Below are positions 21,150-31,158 of a stretch of DNA of 64,000 bases, piece by piece. Origin of the DNA: a candidate division WOR-1 bacterium RIFOXYB2_FULL_37_13. GTDB taxonomy: Bacteria; Margulisbacteria; WOR-1; XYC2-FULL-46-14; XYC2-FULL-37-10. Each line of letters begins with the position of its first letter. Within the stretch, counting starts at the first letter, position 1. The stretch lies in the NCBI GenBank assembly GCA_001771535.1, contig MEUB01000036.1, forward strand, positions 842 to 64,841, given 5' to 3'. Under the pieces are notes generated by a model that made no database searches, had not been told where the DNA came from, and worked only from the letters and a program-made list of their open reading frames with translations. The translations under genes and the position numbers were made by a program.

Positions 21150-21881
21150 AGGTTGGAGAATGTAGAAATATGGGGGATGAAGAGGACTGCCGTTATGTAT
21201 TTTAGCGAAGCATTATATGACGGGCAGGTAAGGGGATGGAAAAAGATTTAAAAAAAGCAATTGAAAATTTGGAAAGTTTCAAGCTATCAGGCATGAAAGG
21301 GAGTTTTTGGCACAAGAGAAAAAAATGTATGTGGACAAAAGAGCTTTTTGAAAGAGAGGCTGAAAAAATAGTTAATAAACAATTTATTAGAGATATCGTT
21401 GATATTAAGTGAAAAAAACAGGCAAGTAATTTATTTAGAATATGAGATTAACACACAAAAAAAGAATTTTTTGAAAAATACAGTTTTAGGGAAAAGAATC
21501 TTAATAACAAGCCGGCAGGACTGGAATAATGAGGAGATAGTTTTAGCTTATCAGGGGCAAAAGGATGTTGAGTTTGCGTTTAGGCAAATAAAAAATCCAT
21601 TTCATACCTGTATCAGACCTCAATATCATTGGACAGATCAAAAGATAAAAGTTCATGTGCTTTGTTCCATTATTGCATTTACTATTTGCGCTTTAATTGA
21701 AAAGACCGCAAGAGAGAATGATTGTCCTTTTATAATAAACGACATTTTGGATCGCTTATCTTCAATACGAAAAGTAAAATACATAATCCCCAAAACTAAA
21801 AATAAATTCAACATTGAATACGGTATGGAAGAAATCGAAGATGAAGCAACAAGAAAATTATTTGAAGTTTTGATGAAATAA
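21150..21881 (+). pseudogene. Decayed IS4/IS1634-like DDE transposase (C-terminal part, frameshifted upstream)
   Basis: ORF 21399-21881 carries QYHWTDQKIKVHVLCSIIAFTICALIE, typical of IS4-superfamily C-termini. Upstream fragments (RTAVMYFSEALYDGQ, KDLKKAIENLESFK) are in other frames. No intact N-terminus or inverted repeats seen. Confidence 0.6.
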
Positions 21882-22006
21882 TATATTTTTGGTGTATACA
21901 AGCTGTTCTTCTGAAAGTCAACAATGACAAGCCATGCAGGCTTTTTTATTTCTCCAGCAGTAAACTCACGCTAGCCCCGTTTCATAAAAAACAATTGGCT
22001 CTTTCT

Positions 22007-22474
22007 TTACTTAAAATTAAAAGCCACATTTTTTGTATTTTTAGGATCTATTTTAACAGGAAGAATAGCTCCAACCTGCATAAGATGTATAGCATTAAAA
22101 GGTATTACAAACCCATCTTCAACTATATAAGCAGGATACATAGGTGATGATATTTCTAATTTTATATCCATTACAGGCTGATAATTTAATTGGGTTTTTG
22201 ATGTTGCTATGCTTAATATTTCCCCCTTTCCATCAATCCCTTTTTTTAAAATATCTTTATCCCCAACAAAATTCCTCCAAATTACTTTTAATCCCTTGCT
22301 AAAAAACAACAGCAACAAAAGTATAGGCAGTAAAATTATTGCAATATTTATAATAGGAGTTATGCCAAAGTCTGTAATATTGCCAACATTGGAAAAATTC
22401 AAAATGAAAACTGAAGGAAGAACAAAAAAGATCCCAAAAATGACAAAAATAAGTACAAACTTTTCAGATCTCAT
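22007..22474 (-). CDS. Membrane protein, paralog family A (short, one C-terminal domain)
   Basis: Two N-terminal TM helices, then GKGEILSI...QPVMDIKLE...YIVEDGFVIP...VGAILPVKIDPKN. Paralogous to 32879-33739 and the disrupted 29223-32274. Confidence 0.65.
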   Translation of the reverse strand: MRSEKFVLIFVIFGIFFVLPSVFILNFSNVGNITDFGITPIINIAIILLPILLLLLFFSKGLKVIWRNFVGDKDILKKGIDGKGEILSIATSKTQLNYQPVMDIKLEISSPMYPAYIVEDGFVIPFNAIHLMQVGAILPVKIDPKNTKNVAFNFK

Positions 22475-22491
22475 TTTCCCACCTCAAGAAC

Positions 22492-22520
22492 AGCTTAAGC
22501 TAGTAGATATGCTTTGTCAA
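22492..22520 (-). promoter_or_regulatory. Sigma-70-like promoter of family-A paralog (module copy 1)
   Basis: Minus strand TTGACA-17 nt-TAAGCT, then GAGGTGG RBS and ATG. The module is conserved upstream of all three paralogs. Confidence 0.55.
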
Positions 22521-22679
22521 TAAGGGCTTAAGCCCCAAGAACCAATTTTTCCTCCAAAATAAATGAAATTTTTTAAAAATGATAATGATAAGGTACTATA
22601 GATATTGTCAGTTTTTGTTTGAAAAATAATTTTCAGGGAGGCATATTTATTATGGTTATAAGTTTAGGTACTATTGTAA

Positions 22680-23900
22680 ATGACTCAAAGTGGAGCAATT
22701 ATTATTCATAATCTCAAAAAAGCGGATGAAGCAGGAGATAATGACGGAGAGATTGATCAGTTGCCAGAAAATGATGAAGTTCAAGCCGCTTTTCGTCAGT
22801 TTCAATTGGAGCATTTAAATGATACAAATGCCTGGTTAGGGTTTTTGGGAATAATGAAAAGTGAAGATTACTCAGAACCAAAAGAGATTATTCCAGAAGT
22901 ATCAACAGAAGAGTTGTATACTATTTTATCTCAAGCAAGCTCTCCTATTGTTGTTGATACGGGAGCATTAGCTTGGTGCGCTGCGTGCAGAAAAGTGTCG
23001 AAAGCCTTAAATGAAATTATTCATAAAGTTACAATAACTGCGAAAAACAATCCATGTAATCCTATTTTGCTAATACAGCCCCCTTCTATAACAATAAAGC
23101 TTCCTCTAATTACAGGAAACAATGTTTTTGAAATTGCAGTAGAAGATATTTATGGGAATGTTCGCAGTCAAAGCTTCAATGCCAATGGAGGAAGATTGGT
23201 TGATGAAAGCAAACAATATATCGCAGAAGCGCTGCCTTCTGGAAACAATTTACCGCTATTACCTGTAATGATATTTGAATTTTCAGATGTAATAAAGTTC
23301 TCTTACTCAAAAGACTTTTCAGAAAAATTTCATTCTGATGCTGAGTTAAAGCAAAGGATGGATATGCTTAAAGCTTTAGTTTTACAATTAAATACAACTA
23401 TCCCGGGATGTAATATTTCTGGTGTAGAAATCGACCCTTCAAAAGAAAATTCTCTTTTTGCCGGAATTATTCCCGACATGAATGACCCAAATAAACAAGT
23501 AATTTTAATATCAGCCTCTAAGCTTGCCATCTATACAGGGGAAAATGAATTGTTGAGCCTGATGGTTGCTGTGGCTGTCGCAAAAAATTTATATGGCAAT
23601 TTAATTTCAGGGAAAGAAAGCGAATGGAATAACTTGGCAATAAAAGCAAGGCAAAACGAAGTGATCCCTTTTTTAGATTGGCCTATATGGGGATTTAAAA
23701 CCCTTGATAGAGCCTATTTCGTAGGAAGAAACACAGAAAAACTTTTTGTAAACGCTTTGAGCCTGATTTTAGTAATGGGAAAGAAATTCGGTGAAACAAT
23801 AGATGATCCAACAACGCTAATAAACAAAATCCCTCTTTCAGAAGAGCAAAAAAAAGTTTTAAGAGAAATAGAAAAATTTGTCAAAGAAATTTTAAAGTGA
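22680..23900 (+). CDS. Hypothetical protein with thioredoxin-like WCxxC segment (406 aa)
   Basis: PIVVDTGALAWCAACRKVSKALNEI (W at 22974-22976) resembles the thioredoxin active-site stretch VDFWAxWCGPCKxxxPxLxEI. The rest is unrecognised. No SD before ATG 22680. Confidence 0.5.
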   Translation: MTQSGAIIIHNLKKADEAGDNDGEIDQLPENDEVQAAFRQFQLEHLNDTNAWLGFLGIMKSEDYSEPKEIIPEVSTEELYTILSQASSPIVVDTGALAWCAACRKVSKALNEIIHKVTITAKNNPCNPILLIQPPSITIKLPLITGNNVFEIAVEDIYGNVRSQSFNANGGRLVDESKQYIAEALPSGNNLPLLPVMIFEFSDVIKFSYSKDFSEKFHSDAELKQRMDMLKALVLQLNTTIPGCNISGVEIDPSKENSLFAGIIPDMNDPNKQVILISASKLAIYTGENELLSLMVAVAVAKNLYGNLISGKESEWNNLAIKARQNEVIPFLDWPIWGFKTLDRAYFVGRNTEKLFVNALSLILVMGKKFGETIDDPTTLINKIPLSEEQKKVLREIEKFVKEILK

Positions 23901-25951
23901 TAAACATCTCTTTTGCAATCCCTCGTTCTCTTGCAAGCCTCGTCCACGAACCCAAGCAAGGAAAAAACGAAGAAGAAACAGCAATCAAAGCACTTATGCA
24001 AAATGGGTTTTCCAGAGAAGAGGCAATTGCGGTAATCAATGCTTTAGTAAAAATTCATTTTGGAGAGTTTGACACAGAAGGTGAAAAAAGATTTTTAAGA
24101 AATATGCCCGATTTTTTGAAAGTTTTAAAACGGCCCGCCCTCTTTAGAAGCACATTCCCTAATGGCGTGCACGATGAAAATCTAATAAATTCTTTTATTG
24201 ATTTCTTAATAGCTTTTGGAACAATAAAAAAGGGTTCTAAAGATTTAAAAAATTGCTTGAGCTGTCTAACAATGGACAATAATATTCCCCAAGAAATTAG
24301 CCTTGTTGCTGGTTATTTGTTAGACAGAAAAACTTCTTCTAATTTTGAGCTTATACGCCCTGTAAAAATAAATGGTAAGATTTACCTCCAAATTGAGGCT
24401 TCCTATATGAGAAAGGGAATTTCTCTTCCAGGCAACAATGTTTTAGAAGAGGGTTCTGTGCTATACAGAGATGGAAATTGGTTTTTTACTCCCCCGGTAA
24501 ACAACCAAAGAGACATAAGAACTCTTCCCACTATAAGTGGCGTTAGAATTCGTTCTCTTGCCCTTGCTGTTTCTGCCCCCAAACCAGGCAAATCGTTAGG
24601 TCATGAACTGCTCGCAAATCAACCGATGATCCCAATTTATTTCGATGGTCTGCCCAAAAATGCGCCGGAATATATCTCTTTAAGCCCAACAACAAAAGAA
24701 GTTGCCTTTAGTCTAAGCCAAGGGACTTATCTTGTTTTTGAAATAGGAAATCCATTCATAAAAAATTTTAGGGGTGCCGAAATAACTGTTCATTACACTC
24801 TTTTCCAAAAAGATGGAAATTTAGCCCTTAACCCAACCCTACTGCCCTCTTTTCATATAACAACTCCTGACCGCAAGCCTGTCTCATCCTTATCTATCAA
24901 TCCTCCATCTTTGTCTACGGGAGAACTGTTAAGGATCCAAATAGAGGATGAATTCTCAAGAATTTTTGTTGAATACGGAACTGGGAAAACCGGTTTTTAT
25001 GCAGAAGAAAATTTGGCATTAAATGAGCAAAACACAATCCCTCTTGAAATAAGATTGCAGAATGAAAGCTTTGTTATAAATGAATTTGGGGAATTTATTG
25101 TATTTAATGGGGGAGAAGAAAAAAGAAGAGGTTTCCCATATAACTCAAATTACAATCTGGATTTTACTTTGCCAGTAAGCCTCGAAAAAATCAGAAGTCC
25201 CTATGATCATCTTTCAAGATCAATTTTCGACAATAAAAAAGTAGCTGTTTTCTATGAGAGGGCGCCTATGACAAGAGGCCAAACCTTAGCTCATTTAGCC
25301 CATGCTTATTTATTGCTTCCCCCAATACTGCAAAGACAGATAAAAGTCATTAGATTTTCTTATAAAGAAGGACAAAGGAATAAGAGTGCAACATACAGCT
25401 TGCCAAATACAAGAGAAATAAGAATCAATGAAGGATTTTTCTTCCCCTCTCTTTCCTATCTGTCTGAAAAATTCGAAGCTTTTCGTAAAGAATGGGAAGA
25501 AGGGGTTCCTTCTTATGTAAAATCAGAAGCGCAAACTTTGGGGCTCGGATTTTGTGGCAGGCTTGAACTTATGCCTTTCGGTAACATGCCTAAAGGTTAT
25601 TCAGGAACAAAATCATCTGGCGAAAAAGGAGCTCCTTTCATCGTTACCACAAGACCCGCTTCTGGATTAGTAACTCGAGAACCGATAGATGTGGTAAATT
25701 TATATGCTGAAGCGGCTTACATTCTAGCAAGCAGAGAGCCAAATAGATTTTCTGGGTGGGAAAGAACAGATAAAAAAATAACAATTGCGGAAGATGTAAA
25801 AAACTTTCTTCTTGGGATAATAAGGCTCGAATTTGTATACAGCAAAAAACCTTCTCAAGCAACTTTTATCAAGAATCTGACAATCTTAAAAAGTAACGGC
25901 ATAATTACTGAAACTCAAGAAATACGAGCCAAGGCTTTGATGAAAAAATAA
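23897..25951 (+). CDS. Hypothetical protein (684 aa)
   Basis: GTGA start/stop overlap with the upstream gene. No recognisable motif. Confidence 0.5.
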   Translation: MINISFAIPRSLASLVHEPKQGKNEEETAIKALMQNGFSREEAIAVINALVKIHFGEFDTEGEKRFLRNMPDFLKVLKRPALFRSTFPNGVHDENLINSFIDFLIAFGTIKKGSKDLKNCLSCLTMDNNIPQEISLVAGYLLDRKTSSNFELIRPVKINGKIYLQIEASYMRKGISLPGNNVLEEGSVLYRDGNWFFTPPVNNQRDIRTLPTISGVRIRSLALAVSAPKPGKSLGHELLANQPMIPIYFDGLPKNAPEYISLSPTTKEVAFSLSQGTYLVFEIGNPFIKNFRGAEITVHYTLFQKDGNLALNPTLLPSFHITTPDRKPVSSLSINPPSLSTGELLRIQIEDEFSRIFVEYGTGKTGFYAEENLALNEQNTIPLEIRLQNESFVINEFGEFIVFNGGEEKRRGFPYNSNYNLDFTLPVSLEKIRSPYDHLSRSIFDNKKVAVFYERAPMTRGQTLAHLAHAYLLLPPILQRQIKVIRFSYKEGQRNKSATYSLPNTREIRINEGFFFPSLSYLSEKFEAFRKEWEEGVPSYVKSEAQTLGLGFCGRLELMPFGNMPKGYSGTKSSGEKGAPFIVTTRPASGLVTREPIDVVNLYAEAAYILASREPNRFSGWERTDKKITIAEDVKNFLLGIIRLEFVYSKKPSQATFIKNLTILKSNGIITETQEIRAKALMKK

Positions 25952-25952
25952 A

Positions 25953-26030
25953 GTGAAATTTTTCGAAAACCATTATGATACTCTTGCAAGTTAGGGAGAA
26001 AGAGGTCAAGCATTCAAGGAGAAAAAAATG
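25953..26030 (+). repeat. Copy B of the repeated 5-prime leader
   Basis: GAAATTTTTCGAAAACCATTATGATACTCTTGCAAGTTAGGGAGAAAGAGGTCAAG...AAGGAGAAAAAAATGACA; see 20988-21073. Confidence 0.8.
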
Positions 26031-26540
26031 ACACAAACTTCCAGCAAAAGCTGTTTACTTTTGGCAATGAGTCGTCACGCTTTTTATGAAATTAACAGGC
26101 ATATTCCCACCACACAAAAAGGTTTGCCAAAAATCTTGAAAAGAAAATTGTATGGCGATGTAATTCCAAGAATAGAAAGAACTCTTTCCACAGCCGACAC
26201 AATAAAAGCCAAAGAAATAATTTCTATCGTTATTGAAACTGTAATGGATTTTTGGAAAAAAGACCCTTCTTTAGAAACGGCAAAAAAATTATCAGAAGAG
26301 CTAGACAATGTTATGTTAATAATCGAAACAGCACACTTTTTTAATCAAGTTATAGGAGAAAATATAGTTAATTTTTCATCTTTGTCTCCCTGTTTAAAAA
26401 TGTTCTCAAATCTACCGATAATAAGGAGATTAAGTCGTATGGTGGAAGATATTAAAGCAACAGCCCAAAAAAGCCCACCTGATTTCGCAATAACACCTGC
26501 TCTTTGGACTGGTTTCAAATCTTCAGAATACGACAATTGA
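26028..26540 (+). CDS. Hypothetical protein (170 aa)
   Basis: AAGGAG RBS 7 nt upstream. No recognisable motif. Confidence 0.5.
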   Translation: MTQTSSKSCLLLAMSRHAFYEINRHIPTTQKGLPKILKRKLYGDVIPRIERTLSTADTIKAKEIISIVIETVMDFWKKDPSLETAKKLSEELDNVMLIIETAHFFNQVIGENIVNFSSLSPCLKMFSNLPIIRRLSRMVEDIKATAQKSPPDFAITPALWTGFKSSEYDN

Positions 26541-26558
26541 AAAAAGGGGGAATAAAAA

Positions 26559-28661
26559 ATGGCAATGGAAATGGCAGCCTCTGCAATAGCACATGCTAGA
26601 CAACTCGGACAAACAGCTTTAAAAACAGTTTCCCAAGGTCAACACACTGCATCTCTTCGACAACAAGAAGCTTTTTTCCAAGTAATGTTTGATGCAAGTT
26701 TCCCTGCTGCAAAAAGAGTAGCTTACCAACTATATCCAAACAAAACATTGGTTGACAGTCCAAAATATAGGGCAAACTTAGAATTTCAACTGAGAAGAAT
26801 CCCTCCTGCACTACGAACAGCAATTTTCGCTGTATTGCATGCTATGCAACATCCAGTTGTTTTTAATAATATAGTAAACCCTCCAACAAATATACCCCAA
26901 ATAGCAAATTTATTAGGTGTTATTGAATTGGCAGGAAGAATGACGCTTCCATCGCTACTAGATAATCCTCAAATAAGTCCTAATCACTTTTCTATAGTCC
27001 AAAGAAATACTAGCAGAGTTGATTTGACACAATTTGACACCTTTTTTAAAGATGGGAGAATCCCTCGTCAATTTAGAAAAAATGATTTTGTTATAGTCGG
27101 ATCAGGCCCAGGAGGGATAATGACAGCACATATTTTACATGAAAAATACCCAGATGCTCAAATTCTAATAATTGAAGAAGGAGATTATTATCCTGGTAAA
27201 ATTTTCGGCAATTCAACTCCTATAAGAGCTACAGGTGAGTTCTATTCAGAAGGAGGAGTAACTGCTGCTATTGATTTAAAAAATGCAAGTGGAACAGCTG
27301 CCCCTACTGGCAAAGCGGTTGGAGGAAGCATGGAAATTTTTAGTACAACTGCGGCAAGAGTCAGAACCAGCGAGGAGTTTGAGCTTTATGGTTTAAGTAA
27401 ATATATGACTTGGGAAAAATATCAGAAGACAGTTGCTTGGGTAGAAGAGATACATGATGTTGCTGAAAACCCACAGGAAATAATCAACACAATAACCAAG
27501 GAAATGATCAGAGCCGCACAAAATATGCCTAAAGAATCTGGGATTAGAAATGCTGGTCCTACAAAATCATTTAGTGCTCATAAGTGTGGTGGCCTAGGAA
27601 AATGTCCTGTTGGCTGTGATACGGGAGGAAAAGAGACAACAGCTATGGTTCTTTTGCCTGCGCTTTTGGCATCTGGAAAAGTAGGATTAGTTTCAGGAGC
27701 AAAAGTTACTCAAACTATTTTAAGATCAGACAACAGCCCTAAGGCTGTAAAAATATTTTCAATGGAAGGCGTCTCTACCATTGGAATAGAAGATGGTATT
27801 ATTTCAAGTGCCGGTACATTTGGTTCCCCAGTTATAGTACATAACGCAGGGATTCGACTCCCTATGTTAGGCAAAAAATATACTGGGCAAGCAGCATTTG
27901 AACTTTTTGCATTTAATCCAAACAAAAAAATTGATCCCCCTCAACATGTAGGAAAGCCTCAATCTGGTTATATTGAGGTTTACAACACAGATAATGCGTT
28001 AGCTGATCTTGTTGCCACAGTAGACGGATTTATCGGGCTTGGTGAAGGGGCACGTCCTGCTACAGGAATTCTTGCAATGGCAAGGAGACGCTTATATGGA
28101 ACAAATTTAAGAGATTCAATAGAAGGACTTCCTTACACTGGCGTTTTTGGAGGAGTTCTCACTGAAAACATGGAAGATGTTAGGGCCGGTCTTTCAGGAG
28201 GAAATGTATATCCTGGATTGAGTAATATTTTTGGACAAAAAGTGCTAACATACTCATTATCTGAAAGAGATAGAATGAGAAGAAAATTGCTTGCATTAGC
28301 CCTCTTAAAAGTAGCCGCAAATACTCCTCAAGGAGAATATTTAGGAATAGGCCTCAATCATTTTTTTCCAAGTAAAAGCAAGTATGCTAGTTGGGGATTA
28401 TTCCTTTCTTCAGAATTACCTGAATTCGAAAGATATTTATTGCCAAATAAAAAAGTCGACTTGAGTGAAGAAATATTTTTTCATCCTATGGGATCAATGG
28501 GAGATTGTGTCGATAACGAAGGGAAGGTAATAGGCTCAAAAGATTTTTATGTAATAGATGGATCTTTATTTAAGGGCCCTGGAGTAAATCCTACAATTTC
28601 AATATTAACAGTTGCTGCTGAATTAGCTTCAAAAATAAAAAGGAGAAAAAGAATACATTAA
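26559..28661 (+). CDS. GMC-family FAD-dependent oxidoreductase with an about 170-aa N-terminal extension
   Basis: DFVIVGSGPGG dinucleotide-binding motif at about aa 177. C-terminal HPMGSMGD...VIDGSLFKGPGVNPTISILTVAAELA matches the GMC C-terminal signature. CGGLGKCPVGCDTGGK Cys-rich segment. Confidence 0.8.
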   Translation: MAMEMAASAIAHARQLGQTALKTVSQGQHTASLRQQEAFFQVMFDASFPAAKRVAYQLYPNKTLVDSPKYRANLEFQLRRIPPALRTAIFAVLHAMQHPVVFNNIVNPPTNIPQIANLLGVIELAGRMTLPSLLDNPQISPNHFSIVQRNTSRVDLTQFDTFFKDGRIPRQFRKNDFVIVGSGPGGIMTAHILHEKYPDAQILIIEEGDYYPGKIFGNSTPIRATGEFYSEGGVTAAIDLKNASGTAAPTGKAVGGSMEIFSTTAARVRTSEEFELYGLSKYMTWEKYQKTVAWVEEIHDVAENPQEIINTITKEMIRAAQNMPKESGIRNAGPTKSFSAHKCGGLGKCPVGCDTGGKETTAMVLLPALLASGKVGLVSGAKVTQTILRSDNSPKAVKIFSMEGVSTIGIEDGIISSAGTFGSPVIVHNAGIRLPMLGKKYTGQAAFELFAFNPNKKIDPPQHVGKPQSGYIEVYNTDNALADLVATVDGFIGLGEGARPATGILAMARRRLYGTNLRDSIEGLPYTGVFGGVLTENMEDVRAGLSGGNVYPGLSNIFGQKVLTYSLSERDRMRRKLLALALLKVAANTPQGEYLGIGLNHFFPSKSKYASWGLFLSSELPEFERYLLPNKKVDLSEEIFFHPMGSMGDCVDNEGKVIGSKDFYVIDGSLFKGPGVNPTISILTVAAELASKIKRRKRIH

Positions 28662-28800
28662 TAAAATTTATTTCTATTCGATAAAAACATATGCGTATAG
28701 TTTTTATAAACACTCTTCCTCCGTATAGAGTTATATAAAACTCAATTGCCCTTCTATCCAAAATCCTATATAATCCCAAACAAGAAAAGGAGTAATTAAT

Positions 28801-29226
28801 ATGTCAGACAAATTATTGATAATTTCAGTTATAATCGCAGGTTTAATTGTTTCTTTATTTATCGTATTTAATAACAACCCTATAAGTAAAACTGTATCCA
28901 CTTTTATGACAGATATAAACAGAATAAAGATTCCAAACAGTTTCCCCAAAGATATTCCAATTTACCCAAATGCAAAAGTTGAAACCTTATCAATTAAAAA
29001 AAGCCAGACCCTTCTTGTCCTTATTTCCAAAGATAGCCCGACACAAATAAACAACTTCTATGCTTTAGAAATAAAAAAATACGGCTGGACATATACATCA
29101 AAAGACATTAATTTCTATGCGTCAACCAAAGAACATCGTGAATTATTTGTTTCTATATCCAAACTCCCTGAAGAGATAAACAAAAATGGACATTATATAG
29201 TAATCAATGAAACAACTAAAGATTAA
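28801..29226 (+). CDS. Small N-terminally anchored protein, paralog family B
   Basis: N-terminal TM helix, FPKDIPIYPNAK...NNFYALEIKKYGW; paralog of 32372-32872. Its stop overlaps the stop of the convergent family-A pseudogene (TTAA). Confidence 0.6.
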   Translation: MSDKLLIISVIIAGLIVSLFIVFNNNPISKTVSTFMTDINRIKIPNSFPKDIPIYPNAKVETLSIKKSQTLLVLISKDSPTQINNFYALEIKKYGWTYTSKDINFYASTKEHRELFVSISKLPEEINKNGHYIVINETTKD

Positions 29227-30001
29227 AGCGCAGTTTTTTCCCCTGAAGGATTAATATTCCAGGCATTTATAGCTACCCTTTTTGGGTTTTTTGGATCAAC
29301 CTTAACGGGGATAACGGCTCCCAACTGGATAAGAGAAAGCCCCATTAAAGGAATCAAAAATTTGTTTTCTATAATATAATATTCGAGCTTGTCCGTCAAC
29401 TCCCAGTCTTGTCTAATGCAAGATGTCCCTGAAGTAAAGACTGTTTCTAACGCAAAATGTCCCTGAAATGTCATTATCGAGCTTATGAATAAGCTAATAA
29501 TGATGGATCATAAAATAAAAACTGTTTCGAATCTTGAAAATCTTCTAAAAGCTGTGGTGAATTTAGATTTTCAACTAATTGACAAAAAAACTACCTACGA
29601 TTGGATTGATGATATTTTAAAAAGATTCAATTACATGTCTGCTTCAAAGAAACATAAAGGAATTTTAAAGCGTTACATTATGAAAATGACTGGTTATAGC
29701 GGTCGACAAGTTAAAAGGCTCATCAAAAAGCAATTTCAAACTGGAAAATTGACAATAAGTAAAAGTTCTAACCGTTGCAAATTCAAAAATATATACACCA
29801 AAAAAGATATCGCTTTGCTGGTTAAAACGGATAATCTTCACAATCGCTTAAATGGGTTAGCCACTAAAAAGATTTTTGAAACCGAGCATTTTACTTATGG
29901 AAAAAAGAAATATGAAAGGTTAAGTAAAATCTCTATAGCTCATATTTACAACTTGCGAAAAACTACGACATTGATCTTCCCCCCAAAAAGTAGACAGTAA
30001 A

Positions 30002-30862
30002 TTATGCATTCACGAACTTTTTTTCAAAGTTGTCTGGCGACAGAAACCCTATGGACGAGTGCCTTCTCTGTCGATTATAGAACACTTCGATGTAATTGAA
30101 AATGGACTGCCGCGCCTCCTTTCTTGTGGCATATCTTTCAAAATAGACTTGTTCAGTCTTCAATGAATGAAAGAAACTCTCGGTTATAGCATTATCGTAA
30201 CACCTCCCTTTGCGACTCATGCTTTGAATGAAACCATAATTGTTAAGCAATAGTCTCGTATCTCTGGCCGCATATTGAATACCTCGATCAGAATGAAATA
30301 TTATATTTTTGCCTGGCTGGCGGCTCAAGATAGCACCCTTTATGGCCTTGACCACCAATTGGCTTTCTAGGTGCTTTCCCATAGACCATCCGACAATCTT
30401 TCTGGAAAAGACATCAAGAACAACTGCAAGATAAAGCCAGCCCTCCAATGTCCAGATGTATGTAATATCTGATGTCCAGACTCGATTGGCTGATGCTGAA
30501 ACAAAGTTTTGCTTTAGAATATTTGGAGCTACTGGCAAAGTGTGCTGAGAATCAGTTGTCACTCTAAATTTTCTTCTTGTCTTAGCCACAAATTTGCCTT
30601 TCATAAGACGCTCAATCCTTTTTTTATTGTAATGATAACCTTGGCTCTTAAGTTCGGCACAAACTCTGGGCCGACCATAAAGCTCATGGTTTTCAAAAAA
30701 AATCTTCTTGATCTTATCCAGCAAAACCTCATTTTCTGTTTCTCTTTGGCTTTTCTCTCCCCTTAGCCATTTGTAATAGCCGCTTCGTGATACATCTAAC
30801 AACTGGCACATCTTCTCAACCGGAAAGTCGAAGCATTGCTCTCTTACAAACATAAATCTCAT
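30002..30862 (-). CDS. IS3 transposase OrfB (DDE integrase core)
   Basis: WTSDITYI, HSDRGIQY, CYDNAITESFF DDE motifs. Expressed as an OrfAB fusion by -1 frameshift. Confidence 0.9.
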   Translation of the reverse strand: MRFMFVREQCFDFPVEKMCQLLDVSRSGYYKWLRGEKSQRETENEVLLDKIKKIFFENHELYGRPRVCAELKSQGYHYNKKRIERLMKGKFVAKTRRKFRVTTDSQHTLPVAPNILKQNFVSASANRVWTSDITYIWTLEGWLYLAVVLDVFSRKIVGWSMGKHLESQLVVKAIKGAILSRQPGKNIIFHSDRGIQYAARDTRLLLNNYGFIQSMSRKGRCYDNAITESFFHSLKTEQVYFERYATRKEARQSIFNYIEVFYNRQRRHSSIGFLSPDNFEKKFVNA

Positions 30863-31158
30863 CTCGGTTGTTTGGAGAAGATGGCCACTGCTTTTTTTAA
30901 AATATCTCGCTCCAACCTGGCCTCTGCCAACTCTTTTCTTAAACGCCTGATTTTAAGAGATTCCTCAATCCCTCCGCTTGTTTCTCCGTCTTCTCCCTCT
31001 CTTCGATCACGTTTTTGCCATCCATACAGCGTACTCGATGACACTCCTAAATCTTTAGCAATTGAGGCTACAGGTCGCTTGCTGGTATTAATTAAATCCA
31101 GCGTTTCCCTAATGAAGTCCTTATCACACCGTTTATATGGTCCTTTCTTTTTCCCCAT
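30859..31158 (-). CDS. IS3 transposase OrfA (HTH)
   Basis: 99 aa, VASIAKDLGVSSSTLYGWQK helix-turn-helix and leucine-zipper-like C-terminus. Confidence 0.9.
   Translation of the reverse strand: MGKKKGPYKRCDKDFIRETLDLINTSKRPVASIAKDLGVSSSTLYGWQKRDRREGEDGETSGGIEESLKIRRLRKELAEARLERDILKKAVAIFSKQPR
30892..30899 (-). promoter_or_regulatory. Programmed -1 ribosomal frameshift site of the IS3 element
   Basis: Minus strand A AAA AAA G inside ...ILKKAV of OrfA. The -1 frame continues into OrfB (KKSSGHLLQTTEMRFMFVREQ...). Confidence 0.75.

Noticed and set aside
21060-21150. 26-codon ORF (21071-21151) as a real gene
   Set aside because: It has a good RBS because it sits on the duplicated leader, but it terminates after 26 codons in IS debris. 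It is more likely the truncated 5-prime end of a former gene.
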